Assembly: GCA_036446115.1 (NCBI GenBank)
Contig: JAZFSJ010000376.1
Location: forward strand, 1-42,065
Length of the DNA stretch: 42,065 bases
Origin: Thermodesulfobacteriota bacterium
Lineage (GTDB): Bacteria > Desulfobacterota > WTBG01
Direction of reading: 5' to 3'
Position numbers and translations under genes: made by a program. Below the pieces are notes generated by a model, which was not told the origin of the DNA, did no database searches, and saw nothing but the letters and a program-made list of their open reading frames with translations. Below, piece by piece: positions 23,070 through 30,630 of the stretch (position 1 is its first letter; each line of letters opens with the position of its first letter).

Positions 23070-23627
23070 ATGATTCTCAATGACCCTAACGGTATTCCTG
23101 TTAAAATAACTAAAGACAATCGTATGCACGTTATAGCTGCTACTGAAGGTTTTATGCACGCTATGGCAGAAATAGGTGAGGCTTGGACTGTCAATGGTGC
23201 GATAACAGCAGCAGATACTACTGATAATGTAATTATGCACTTTGAAAATACTTCAGACAAGACATTTGATTGTCATGGGGTAATAATTTCATCTTCGGGT
23301 GCGGGTCTTGTCGCATTAGAATATGGAAGAACATTTGTTAGTGATGGAGGAACTGCCAGATCATTAGCTCAATTCAATACTCTTTCCGGTAAGACTCAAG
23401 ATCAAACTTCCTATATAGCTAATGATATTACTCTTTCTGGAACTGGCACTGATTTAATTTGTGCTAGAATAGCTGCCGATACGCAGGTTGATATTCTATC
23501 TATGACTGAAGCTCTCCAACTTGAACCTTCAGCTACTATTTCAGTAAGATTTCAGGCAGATGCAGGTACTCCTACAATATGTATTGCTTATATATGTCAT
23601 GGTTCGGAGCCTTGGGAGGATGTTTAA
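23070..23627 (+). CDS. beta-rich virion-module protein, paralogue B (185 aa)
   Basis: GIPVKITKDNRMHV parallels GNVARVDDDNRLHT in A. ATISVRFQAD parallels ATITVRFTDD in C. Confidence 0.6.
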   Translation: MILNDPNGIPVKITKDNRMHVIAATEGFMHAMAEIGEAWTVNGAITAADTTDNVIMHFENTSDKTFDCHGVIISSSGAGLVALEYGRTFVSDGGTARSLAQFNTLSGKTQDQTSYIANDITLSGTGTDLICARIAADTQVDILSMTEALQLEPSATISVRFQADAGTPTICIAYICHGSEPWEDV

Positions 23628-24092
23628 TTGTTAAAATTCTTTCTCGCAGATAAGGAAGGTTTTCCTGCTCATTATGAACCATATAATGTTATAGGTGAAG
23701 AGGATAATATTGCTCTTGTAACTACCACTATTGCTTTGGCACATTCTACATTCAAGAGTGTTACTCGTACTACTGCTGGAACATCTATCATAACAATACC
23801 TTCTCTAGAAGGTGCAATTGTCATAACTGATATACTTATTACTGGTGAGAAAAGAATCGGTGCTACTATAACAGTTAGATTTACAGATGATACAAATACT
23901 ATAAATTTGTTAATAGGTGATGCTGCGAATAACTCCATTAATCTTGGTCATGCGTTTAATGGACTTGTGCAGGGTTGGAGAAATTCAAGAGTTGAATTGG
24001 TAACAGTTGCAGACGTTACCGCGACCGTTACATTAGTCTACTATAAGGTTGAAGAAGGTTTGAGTTTTCTTGAATGGGATTCTAGGAGGTAA
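23628..24092 (+). CDS. beta-rich virion-module protein, paralogue C (154 aa, TTG start)
   Basis: Track ORF. It shares the A-T-I-[ST]-V-R-F block with paralogue B. Confidence 0.5.
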   Translation: MLKFFLADKEGFPAHYEPYNVIGEEDNIALVTTTIALAHSTFKSVTRTTAGTSIITIPSLEGAIVITDILITGEKRIGATITVRFTDDTNTINLLIGDAANNSINLGHAFNGLVQGWRNSRVELVTVADVTATVTLVYYKVEEGLSFLEWDSRR

Positions 24093-24095
24093 CAA

Positions 24096-24998
24096 ATGGC
24101 AGTCCCCACAAATCCAACGGCTACGACCCTTGTTTCAGAAGCTATTAAGAAGGCAGGTCATTCCTCCCCGACCTCTGGACAGATAACCCGTGCCGAAGAT
24201 TTCTTCATGCAGGAGATTAAGAACGATATACATACGCTAGCCAAGAAGCCAAAGTTCCTGCATACGACCTCGATACTCGTCTTAACAGAGGGTAAGAACA
24301 GATATGCTAACCCCACAGACTACTCTTCAGATATGGAGATGACTCTTTTGTCTGGGACAAACGATGGTACGGCTCAAGACGGTGCGGTTGGTTCAATAAC
24401 ACTTGCAGCAACAGATTCATTTATTGATTCTGGCATAGTGGGTAAGGAGATCCTCATAACTGCTAATACTGGTGCAGGATCAATGAGTCAGGTAACGGCA
24501 TACGACGACACGACTAAGGTTGCTACTGTTACTCCTGATTTTACGACTACTCCAGATAATACATCTACTTACTCAATTATAGACGCTTACGACCACCTTG
24601 AGCAGACCCCTTCCTTCGAGTTTGATAGGAAGGTGAGGAATGACACTCTGCTTGGAAGACCTACTCACTTTATGCCAATAGGAAGTGCCAACGAGGGTGA
24701 ATTTACGCTTTACCCAACCCCATACACGGATGATACAAGTGTTTATGGTATTAGACTTAGGTACTATGCCAATATTATGGAGTTAGACAATACTGGCACA
24801 TTGATGACCAAGCTCTACTCTACCCTGAGAAACATCTGGATAGCAGGGGTTAAGGCTAAGCAACTTGAAGATGACATGGATAATCGTCAGTTTGCAGCGA
24901 AGCAGGAATACAATTCGGCGTTGCAGGCAGTCATCATGAGGGAGCAATACGGTATGGACTTAAATGGGTTAGTCATGAGCGTTTCTGACTACAATTAA
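24096..24998 (+). CDS. virion structural protein (head-tail adaptor candidate, 300 aa)
   Basis: The call is based on position in the structural operon. No family was placed. Confidence 0.4.
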   Translation: MAVPTNPTATTLVSEAIKKAGHSSPTSGQITRAEDFFMQEIKNDIHTLAKKPKFLHTTSILVLTEGKNRYANPTDYSSDMEMTLLSGTNDGTAQDGAVGSITLAATDSFIDSGIVGKEILITANTGAGSMSQVTAYDDTTKVATVTPDFTTTPDNTSTYSIIDAYDHLEQTPSFEFDRKVRNDTLLGRPTHFMPIGSANEGEFTLYPTPYTDDTSVYGIRLRYYANIMELDNTGTLMTKLYSTLRNIWIAGVKAKQLEDDMDNRQFAAKQEYNSALQAVIMREQYGMDLNGLVMSVSDYN

Positions 24999-25009
24999 CG
25001 GAGTCTATT

Positions 25010-25666
25010 ATGCCACTTAAAGATATAGAATCTCGAAAAGCATATAGTAGAGAATACCATATAAGAAATAGAGAAGAAATCTTAAGAAGGCACGCAGAGT
25101 ATCGTGGCGTGAATAGGGATAATATTAATAGAATACAAAATGAAAAATATATACTAAATAAGGAAGCTATAGCTCAAAAGCAAAAGGAATACCGCGATAA
25201 AAACCCTGAAAAGGGGAAAGAGGCTTCTAAAAAATATCGGATGGCGAATAAGGAAAAAATAAAGAAAAAAAATTCGATATGGAGAGAGAAGAATAAAGAA
25301 GTTTTGTCAGAAAAATCTAAAGAGAAGTATGCCTTGAATAAAGAACAAATAGACACAGCCAATTCTGTTTATATTAAAACGCCTAAGGGCAAGTATTCAA
25401 AGTGTAAAAGTAATGCGAAGAGACGCGGTATAGAGTTTGACGTATCTTTAGAGGATTTCGCAAAATTCTCAGAACATGAATGTTGCTACTGTGGTACAGA
25501 AATGGAAGCAATAGGTATAGATCGAGTTGATAACTCTAGGGGCTATATATTTGACAATATGGTTGCATGTTGCGTTAATTGTAATTTCATGAAGCAGCAA
25601 CATAGTAGAGATGACTTTTTTGAGCATTGCATTAAGATACTTAAGCATCAAGGGATAATATTATGA
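25010..25666 (+). CDS. HNH endonuclease with N-terminal Lys/Glu-rich 15-aa tandem repeats
   Basis: The C-terminal motif is CCYCG...IDRVDNSRGY..DNMVACCVNCNFMK. The N-terminus has about 7 repeats of x-Y-x3-N-x-E-x-I. Confidence 0.7.
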   Translation: MPLKDIESRKAYSREYHIRNREEILRRHAEYRGVNRDNINRIQNEKYILNKEAIAQKQKEYRDKNPEKGKEASKKYRMANKEKIKKKNSIWREKNKEVLSEKSKEKYALNKEQIDTANSVYIKTPKGKYSKCKSNAKRRGIEFDVSLEDFAKFSEHECCYCGTEMEAIGIDRVDNSRGYIFDNMVACCVNCNFMKQQHSRDDFFEHCIKILKHQGIIL

Positions 25667-27240
25667 GCTTTAGTGGCAATACATATTCGCTCCCGATGAA
25701 TCGAGGGGGCTTTGTTAACTCCCCGAATATTGATAAGGTTCCCCCCGAAGCCATGCTTGAGGTACGGAATATCAATATCCATGAGGACGGTAGGGGTAAG
25801 CGTGGTGGTACGGCTATCTTTAGTGCTGCTTCTACTCGCAATTCTCAGTTGACGGGTGTTATTGACTTTACCTTAGCTTCTGGTACTCAATTTGTTGTCA
25901 CTACGACTACCGAAGGTGAGGTTTGGAAGGACAATGCTACTCAGCTTAACTCTGGAAATTTGCTTAAGTCTGGAGCTTTTACTACTTTTTCCATAGCTAA
26001 TGACAAGGTGTATATTTGTGATGGTGGTACAACCCCTCAGACTTGGGATGGTGCAGCAGGTTCTACTTCAGATTTAGCAGCAGTTCCTAACGACTGGACA
26101 GGAGTAAACTTCCCCACGCAGATAATTATTCATGGTTCTGGCAATTCAGAGAGGGGTTGGGCTTTAGGATTACCTTCAAACCCACATACTTTATATTTCA
26201 CTCCAGATTCAGCAGGTGGAGACTTAGACTTTACAGATGGAACTATAGATACTATAAATATAGAAACTGGTGACGGCTTTGGACTTGTAGGTGGTGTGGA
26301 TTTCGGAGATAGATTAATCATTTTCGGTAAGAACAATGCCTACGTTATAAACGACACTTCCTTGACCTCAACAGAATGGGGTTATACACAGGCTCAGTGG
26401 GAAGGTGGGGTTGCTCATAGTCGTTTAATCATCAAGACCACGAATGATGTAGTCTGCATGATGGATGATGGCAACATCTATTCAATAACGGCAGTACAGT
26501 CTTATGGTGACTACAAACAAGCATCTATTACTAAGCCTTCATGGATAGACAAGTGGATTAGAGAGAATACCGATTTAAGTAAGATTAATCAGTTTCACGG
26601 GTTGTATGACCCTGAACTGAGGCGTATCTATATATTTGTTGTTCGTAATGGGCAGACAGACGTTGACACAGCTCTTGTTTACAATGTCGATAGAGGGCCA
26701 GAAGAAGGTTGGACAATTCACGACAATAGGGATTCTAATTCAGGGTATTCAGCTTCTTGCGCTGCTGTAGTAAGGCGTAGCCCTGCTTCCCACCATAGTC
26801 AATATGTTTACACTGGTGATGGCATAGGAAACGTATGGGAACTTGAGGAGTCGGCTAAAAACGATAATAACAATGCCTATTATGCAGGGTTCAAAACTCC
26901 CCGATTAGTATTCGACAACGCCAGAGCAACCAAGAAGTACGTAAGAGGATTCTTAGTAACTGAAGAAAAAGGTAGCTATAACGTCTATATTAACATTTGG
27001 ATAGATGATGTGGCACAGACCCAGCAAAGTGTAGACCTGTCTGGTGCAGGAGCAGTTTGGGGTACTATGGTTTGGGGTTCATTCACTTGGGCTGGTGGAG
27101 TTTTAGTAGACAAAGCTTTCGATATAGGAGCCGTAGGCAAGAGAATACAGCTTGAAGTTTTTAATTCTTCTGTTGATGAAGATTTCTTTCTTAGTGAGAT
27201 TCAAGTAGACCACTTAATTATGGGCAATAGACCAAGTTAG
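25663..27240 (+). CDS. tail/nozzle structural protein candidate (525 aa)
   Basis: A large beta-rich ORF downstream of the head genes. The call is positional only. Confidence 0.35.
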   Translation: MSFSGNTYSLPMNRGGFVNSPNIDKVPPEAMLEVRNINIHEDGRGKRGGTAIFSAASTRNSQLTGVIDFTLASGTQFVVTTTTEGEVWKDNATQLNSGNLLKSGAFTTFSIANDKVYICDGGTTPQTWDGAAGSTSDLAAVPNDWTGVNFPTQIIIHGSGNSERGWALGLPSNPHTLYFTPDSAGGDLDFTDGTIDTINIETGDGFGLVGGVDFGDRLIIFGKNNAYVINDTSLTSTEWGYTQAQWEGGVAHSRLIIKTTNDVVCMMDDGNIYSITAVQSYGDYKQASITKPSWIDKWIRENTDLSKINQFHGLYDPELRRIYIFVVRNGQTDVDTALVYNVDRGPEEGWTIHDNRDSNSGYSASCAAVVRRSPASHHSQYVYTGDGIGNVWELEESAKNDNNNAYYAGFKTPRLVFDNARATKKYVRGFLVTEEKGSYNVYINIWIDDVAQTQQSVDLSGAGAVWGTMVWGSFTWAGGVLVDKAFDIGAVGKRIQLEVFNSSVDEDFFLSEIQVDHLIMGNRPS

Positions 27241-27250
27241 GAGATAACAA

Positions 27251-28102
27251 ATGGGCGCGACTTACAGCTTGCCAAACACTATAAGCAATGGAACAACGGG
27301 TGATGCAGACGAAGTTCAAGGTAACTTTACTGCTATTATAAACAATCATACACCTACAGGTATGGATGACCATTCTTCAACTGATGGTCAAGCTCAGACA
27401 CAAATAGACCCTTTCCCTGCTTCTACGTTGTCTAAGGCAACCTCCCTCGCAGAAGAGATTGAGCAGTTAAGATATGTTCTCAAAGAAATTCTCGGAGAAA
27501 CTTATTGGTATATAGACCCAGATGTAAGCTTAGCTTCTATATTTACCAACTATGTTACTTTAACTGGAACCGAAACTCTTTCTGCTAAAACGCTAACTGC
27601 TCTTAAAATAGTCTCTGGAGATGGTATAGCAGATGCGGGCGGAGCCTTCTATCTTAAATTTACGGAAGATGCTACGCCTGTTAACTATTTGGATGTAGGT
27701 AATGCTGATACTGGTGTTAGTCCAAATATAACTGCTGCTGGCTCTGATACAAATATTGATATAACACTCATACCCAAAGGTTCAGGTGTCGTAGACGCAA
27801 CAGGTGGTCTTAAAATAGATAGTGGTGCTGAGATTGCAAAATATCTATCTGCAACTACTGCTTGGGATCCTGCAAGTATAGCAGCAGGAGGTAAGCTTTC
27901 AACGACTATTACTGTAACAGGTGCGGCTCTTGGTGACCCCTGTACCGTTGGTCTGACTTCTTTGGTTGCGGCAAACGGAGACACAGAGATAGCGGCTCAC
28001 GTTGAGGCTGCCGATACTGTTCGCGTAATACTAAAGAACCATACAGGTTCAGCACAAAATCTTGCGAACGGCACACTTAGAGTAGGAGTATTCCAACATT
28101 AA
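27251..28102 (+). CDS. tail fibre-like protein (283 aa)
   Basis: The N-terminal LPNTISNGTTGDADEVQGNFTAI motif is common in phage fibre proteins. The C-terminal region is Ig-like and beta-rich. Confidence 0.45.
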   Translation: MGATYSLPNTISNGTTGDADEVQGNFTAIINNHTPTGMDDHSSTDGQAQTQIDPFPASTLSKATSLAEEIEQLRYVLKEILGETYWYIDPDVSLASIFTNYVTLTGTETLSAKTLTALKIVSGDGIADAGGAFYLKFTEDATPVNYLDVGNADTGVSPNITAAGSDTNIDITLIPKGSGVVDATGGLKIDSGAEIAKYLSATTAWDPASIAAGGKLSTTITVTGAALGDPCTVGLTSLVAANGDTEIAAHVEAADTVRVILKNHTGSAQNLANGTLRVGVFQH

Positions 28103-28503
28103 TGATTATACGCCCTTATACGCCAGATGACGGTAGAACTATAGGTCTTATGCTTGTAACTGAAGGGTTAGAGCCTGAAGAGATGGAGTTTGTTACTGGC
28201 AATACCTTCGTTGCTGAAGATTACGATGGGAGTGTAGTAGGCTTCTATACCTACAAGCTCGAAGGTGTTTTCCCTCATCTACAACATTATTGTGTTGATA
28301 AGGATGCAAGAGATGGTACTTTAGATATAGCAAGAGCCTTAATCAGAGAATTTAGACGTAGAATGAAGAGTTTGGGTTATGCAAAGGCAATAATCAATTC
28401 GCCCAAGTGCAAGAGAAAGATAGGTCGGCTTATCCAGTGGTATTTTAAAGCAGAACCGTATGGTACTGATGATGCACATAAGTTTTTTTTAGTTAATATT
28501 TAG
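28102..28503 (+). CDS. GNAT-family N-acetyltransferase-like protein
   Basis: It is 133 aa. IRPYTPDD...VGFYTYKLEG..PHLQHYCVDKDAR......AR.LI.......GY..A fits the GNAT core layout. It has a TAATG overlap with the fibre-like gene. Confidence 0.45.
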   Translation: MIIRPYTPDDGRTIGLMLVTEGLEPEEMEFVTGNTFVAEDYDGSVVGFYTYKLEGVFPHLQHYCVDKDARDGTLDIARALIREFRRRMKSLGYAKAIINSPKCKRKIGRLIQWYFKAEPYGTDDAHKFFLVNI

Positions 28504-28512
28504 GAGAAAGAT

Positions 28513-29226
28513 ATGGGAACCAAGGTTGAAGCTCCGCAGCCTTCGGCGGAAGAAACACAGTTACAGCAGATGCAGTTGCAACTTGCCCAGAGACAGGCTA
28601 CGCAGCAGCAAGCATTAGAGCCTTTCCAACTTCAGGCAGCAGGTCTTGTGAAAGAACCTGACGGAACTCTCCGAAGACAGACCGAAGAGGAACGTGTTGC
28701 AGGGCAGACCGAACTCCAGAGGCAGCAGGAAGGTGTCCAAAGAAGCTTACTTGAACGACAACAGATGGCTCTTGCTGGAGAACTACCAGTATCCCCTGCC
28801 TTGGAAGCTCAGTTAGGCAGAGAAGGTGGACTTCTTGAGGAGCAAATTTCCAGATCAGGAAGAAGAGGTGGTACTTTAGGCACAAGACAGAGAAGCCTTT
28901 TCAAGACCAGAGCAGATCTGGTCAGAGAAGAGGCTCGTAGAGGGCAAATAACAGGTCTCACAGGCTCGTCACTGGGTTTTGCGGGATTATCCGGTCAACA
29001 GCAGGCTCAACAGTTTGGAGGTCTTCAGGGACTTGGTCAGGGCGCACAGGGAACATTAGGTCTGCTTCAGGGTGCGGCTCAACCTTTCCAGCAACAGAGA
29101 ATGTTAGAGTTTCAGGCTTCACAACAGACTGCTGCTAATAGAGCAGGGTTAATTGGTGCTGGATTAGGTGCTGTTGGAACTGTTGCAGGGGCAGGTCTTG
29201 TTCCCGGTGGATTTTTAAGAAAATAA
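28513..29226 (+). CDS. Gln/Gly-rich low-complexity virion protein with C-terminal glycine-zipper segment
   Basis: Q-rich runs include QQMQLQLAQRQATQQQ and GQQQAQQFGGLQGLGQGAQG. The C-terminus is AGLIGAGLGAVGTVAGAGLV. Confidence 0.5.
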   Translation: MGTKVEAPQPSAEETQLQQMQLQLAQRQATQQQALEPFQLQAAGLVKEPDGTLRRQTEEERVAGQTELQRQQEGVQRSLLERQQMALAGELPVSPALEAQLGREGGLLEEQISRSGRRGGTLGTRQRSLFKTRADLVREEARRGQITGLTGSSLGFAGLSGQQQAQQFGGLQGLGQGAQGTLGLLQGAAQPFQQQRMLEFQASQQTAANRAGLIGAGLGAVGTVAGAGLVPGGFLRK

Positions 29227-29247
29227 ACGCCAGTGTAGGAGATAATT

Positions 29248-30630
29248 ATGCCAAGTATAGGTGAAAGCGCAATAAGAGGATTGACTGAGGGTTTTATTGG
29301 TGGAACTCAGTTGGGTCTTCAGTTGAATGAGCAGCAGGCTAAAATAAAGGCTCGTCAAGAGGAAGCAAGGACAAAAACAGTGGCAGAGGCTCGCCAGAAG
29401 TTCGAGGATGCTCGCAAACAAGCTAAATTCGACCAAGAGATCGTTGCTGACCAGAACTTACCTGAAGCATCAAGACTCGCTTCTTCTAATAATTTAATAA
29501 ATTTCCAGAATACATTTATTAATGATGAGAGCAATCAGATTCCACCCTTAACAATAATGCCACAGTTTGGTGCTGAGTATGCCAAGAAACTAGGTGCGAT
29601 AGACAAAGCATTTGATAAAGGTGTTGTTACGGCTAACGGTGCAAGTAAGATGATAACTGAACTTAATCTTGAGTTCCAGAACCAATTCAAGGCATCTGGC
29701 GACCAAACCAGAGCAGACATTAAGGAAACGGATATTCAGAGGCAAACTGTTCAGGCTACTGCATTAGGTCGGTTAGACCCTAGAAAAGCAGGAATAACTC
29801 AGGAAGAGATAACCTCGGCACAAGATGTAGCTGCAAGTAGGGCTGGTCAGCTTGAGCTGGGTGAATCAGAGAAAGCCCCTACATTACCACAGCAGACTGC
29901 CTCTATAATTTCTAGACTTCGTACAGGCGAATTAACTGTTGATGGTTTATCAGAGGTAGACAGGGGTTTAGTTAACAAAGCAATAAGAACAGGTGGTATA
30001 TCTCTAAGTGTTGGACCTAACGGAGAGATGCAATTTTCTCAGGGCGGTGGAGGTCTTTCAGCACCTTCAGTGACTAAAGACGAGCAAGCATTTATAACCT
30101 CACAGGACACCATTTCCGTTGTGAATGATTTGAGGGATATATTAAGTACCACTAATGTCGGTGCGGTTGGTGATTTTAGGAAGTTTATACAGGGAGCAGT
30201 GCAACAGGGAGGTGCATTAGCAGAGGCTTTGGTAGGGGCTGGAGACACCATTACCGAACAGGCAATACAAGACGGTGATGACATAAGCTCTGACCGTTGG
30301 TTTGATCCTGAATTATCCCAAAGAGATTATTTGGCAAATATATTAGCCTATAAAGTTGCTAAGACAGAAGCTCCCGGTGATAGAGTTACAGATAGGGATT
30401 TAAAGAATTTTAAAGATAGTCTCGGTTTAGGTAAGGCATTAACGGGAATAAAAGACATAGCTTCTATTCTAAACGCTGTAGAGAGAAGAACTATCAGGAG
30501 AGCTAATCAGGCCAATGTAAGACTTAAAAATAAGTTTGCGCCACTAACTACTCGTGCAGAACAAAGAAAAGTTGCTACTGGCGGTGCAACTCCAGAAGAT
30601 GAAGCAAATAACTTCTTATCAGGGAATTAA
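29248..30630 (+). CDS. internal virion/ejection protein candidate (460 aa)
   Basis: Helical, abuts the 861-aa gene (stop at 30630, ATG at 30631). The call is positional. Confidence 0.35.
   Translation: MPSIGESAIRGLTEGFIGGTQLGLQLNEQQAKIKARQEEARTKTVAEARQKFEDARKQAKFDQEIVADQNLPEASRLASSNNLINFQNTFINDESNQIPPLTIMPQFGAEYAKKLGAIDKAFDKGVVTANGASKMITELNLEFQNQFKASGDQTRADIKETDIQRQTVQATALGRLDPRKAGITQEEITSAQDVAASRAGQLELGESEKAPTLPQQTASIISRLRTGELTVDGLSEVDRGLVNKAIRTGGISLSVGPNGEMQFSQGGGGLSAPSVTKDEQAFITSQDTISVVNDLRDILSTTNVGAVGDFRKFIQGAVQQGGALAEALVGAGDTITEQAIQDGDDISSDRWFDPELSQRDYLANILAYKVAKTEAPGDRVTDRDLKNFKDSLGLGKALTGIKDIASILNAVERRTIRRANQANVRLKNKFAPLTTRAEQRKVATGGATPEDEANNFLSGN

Noticed and set aside
18228-24140. 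The shared N-terminus MA(I/V)PTN of the capsid protein (18228) and the 300-aa protein (24096), read as evidence of paralogy or a common processing signal.
   Set aside because: Only six residues match and the similarity does not continue. This is too short to support any claim.
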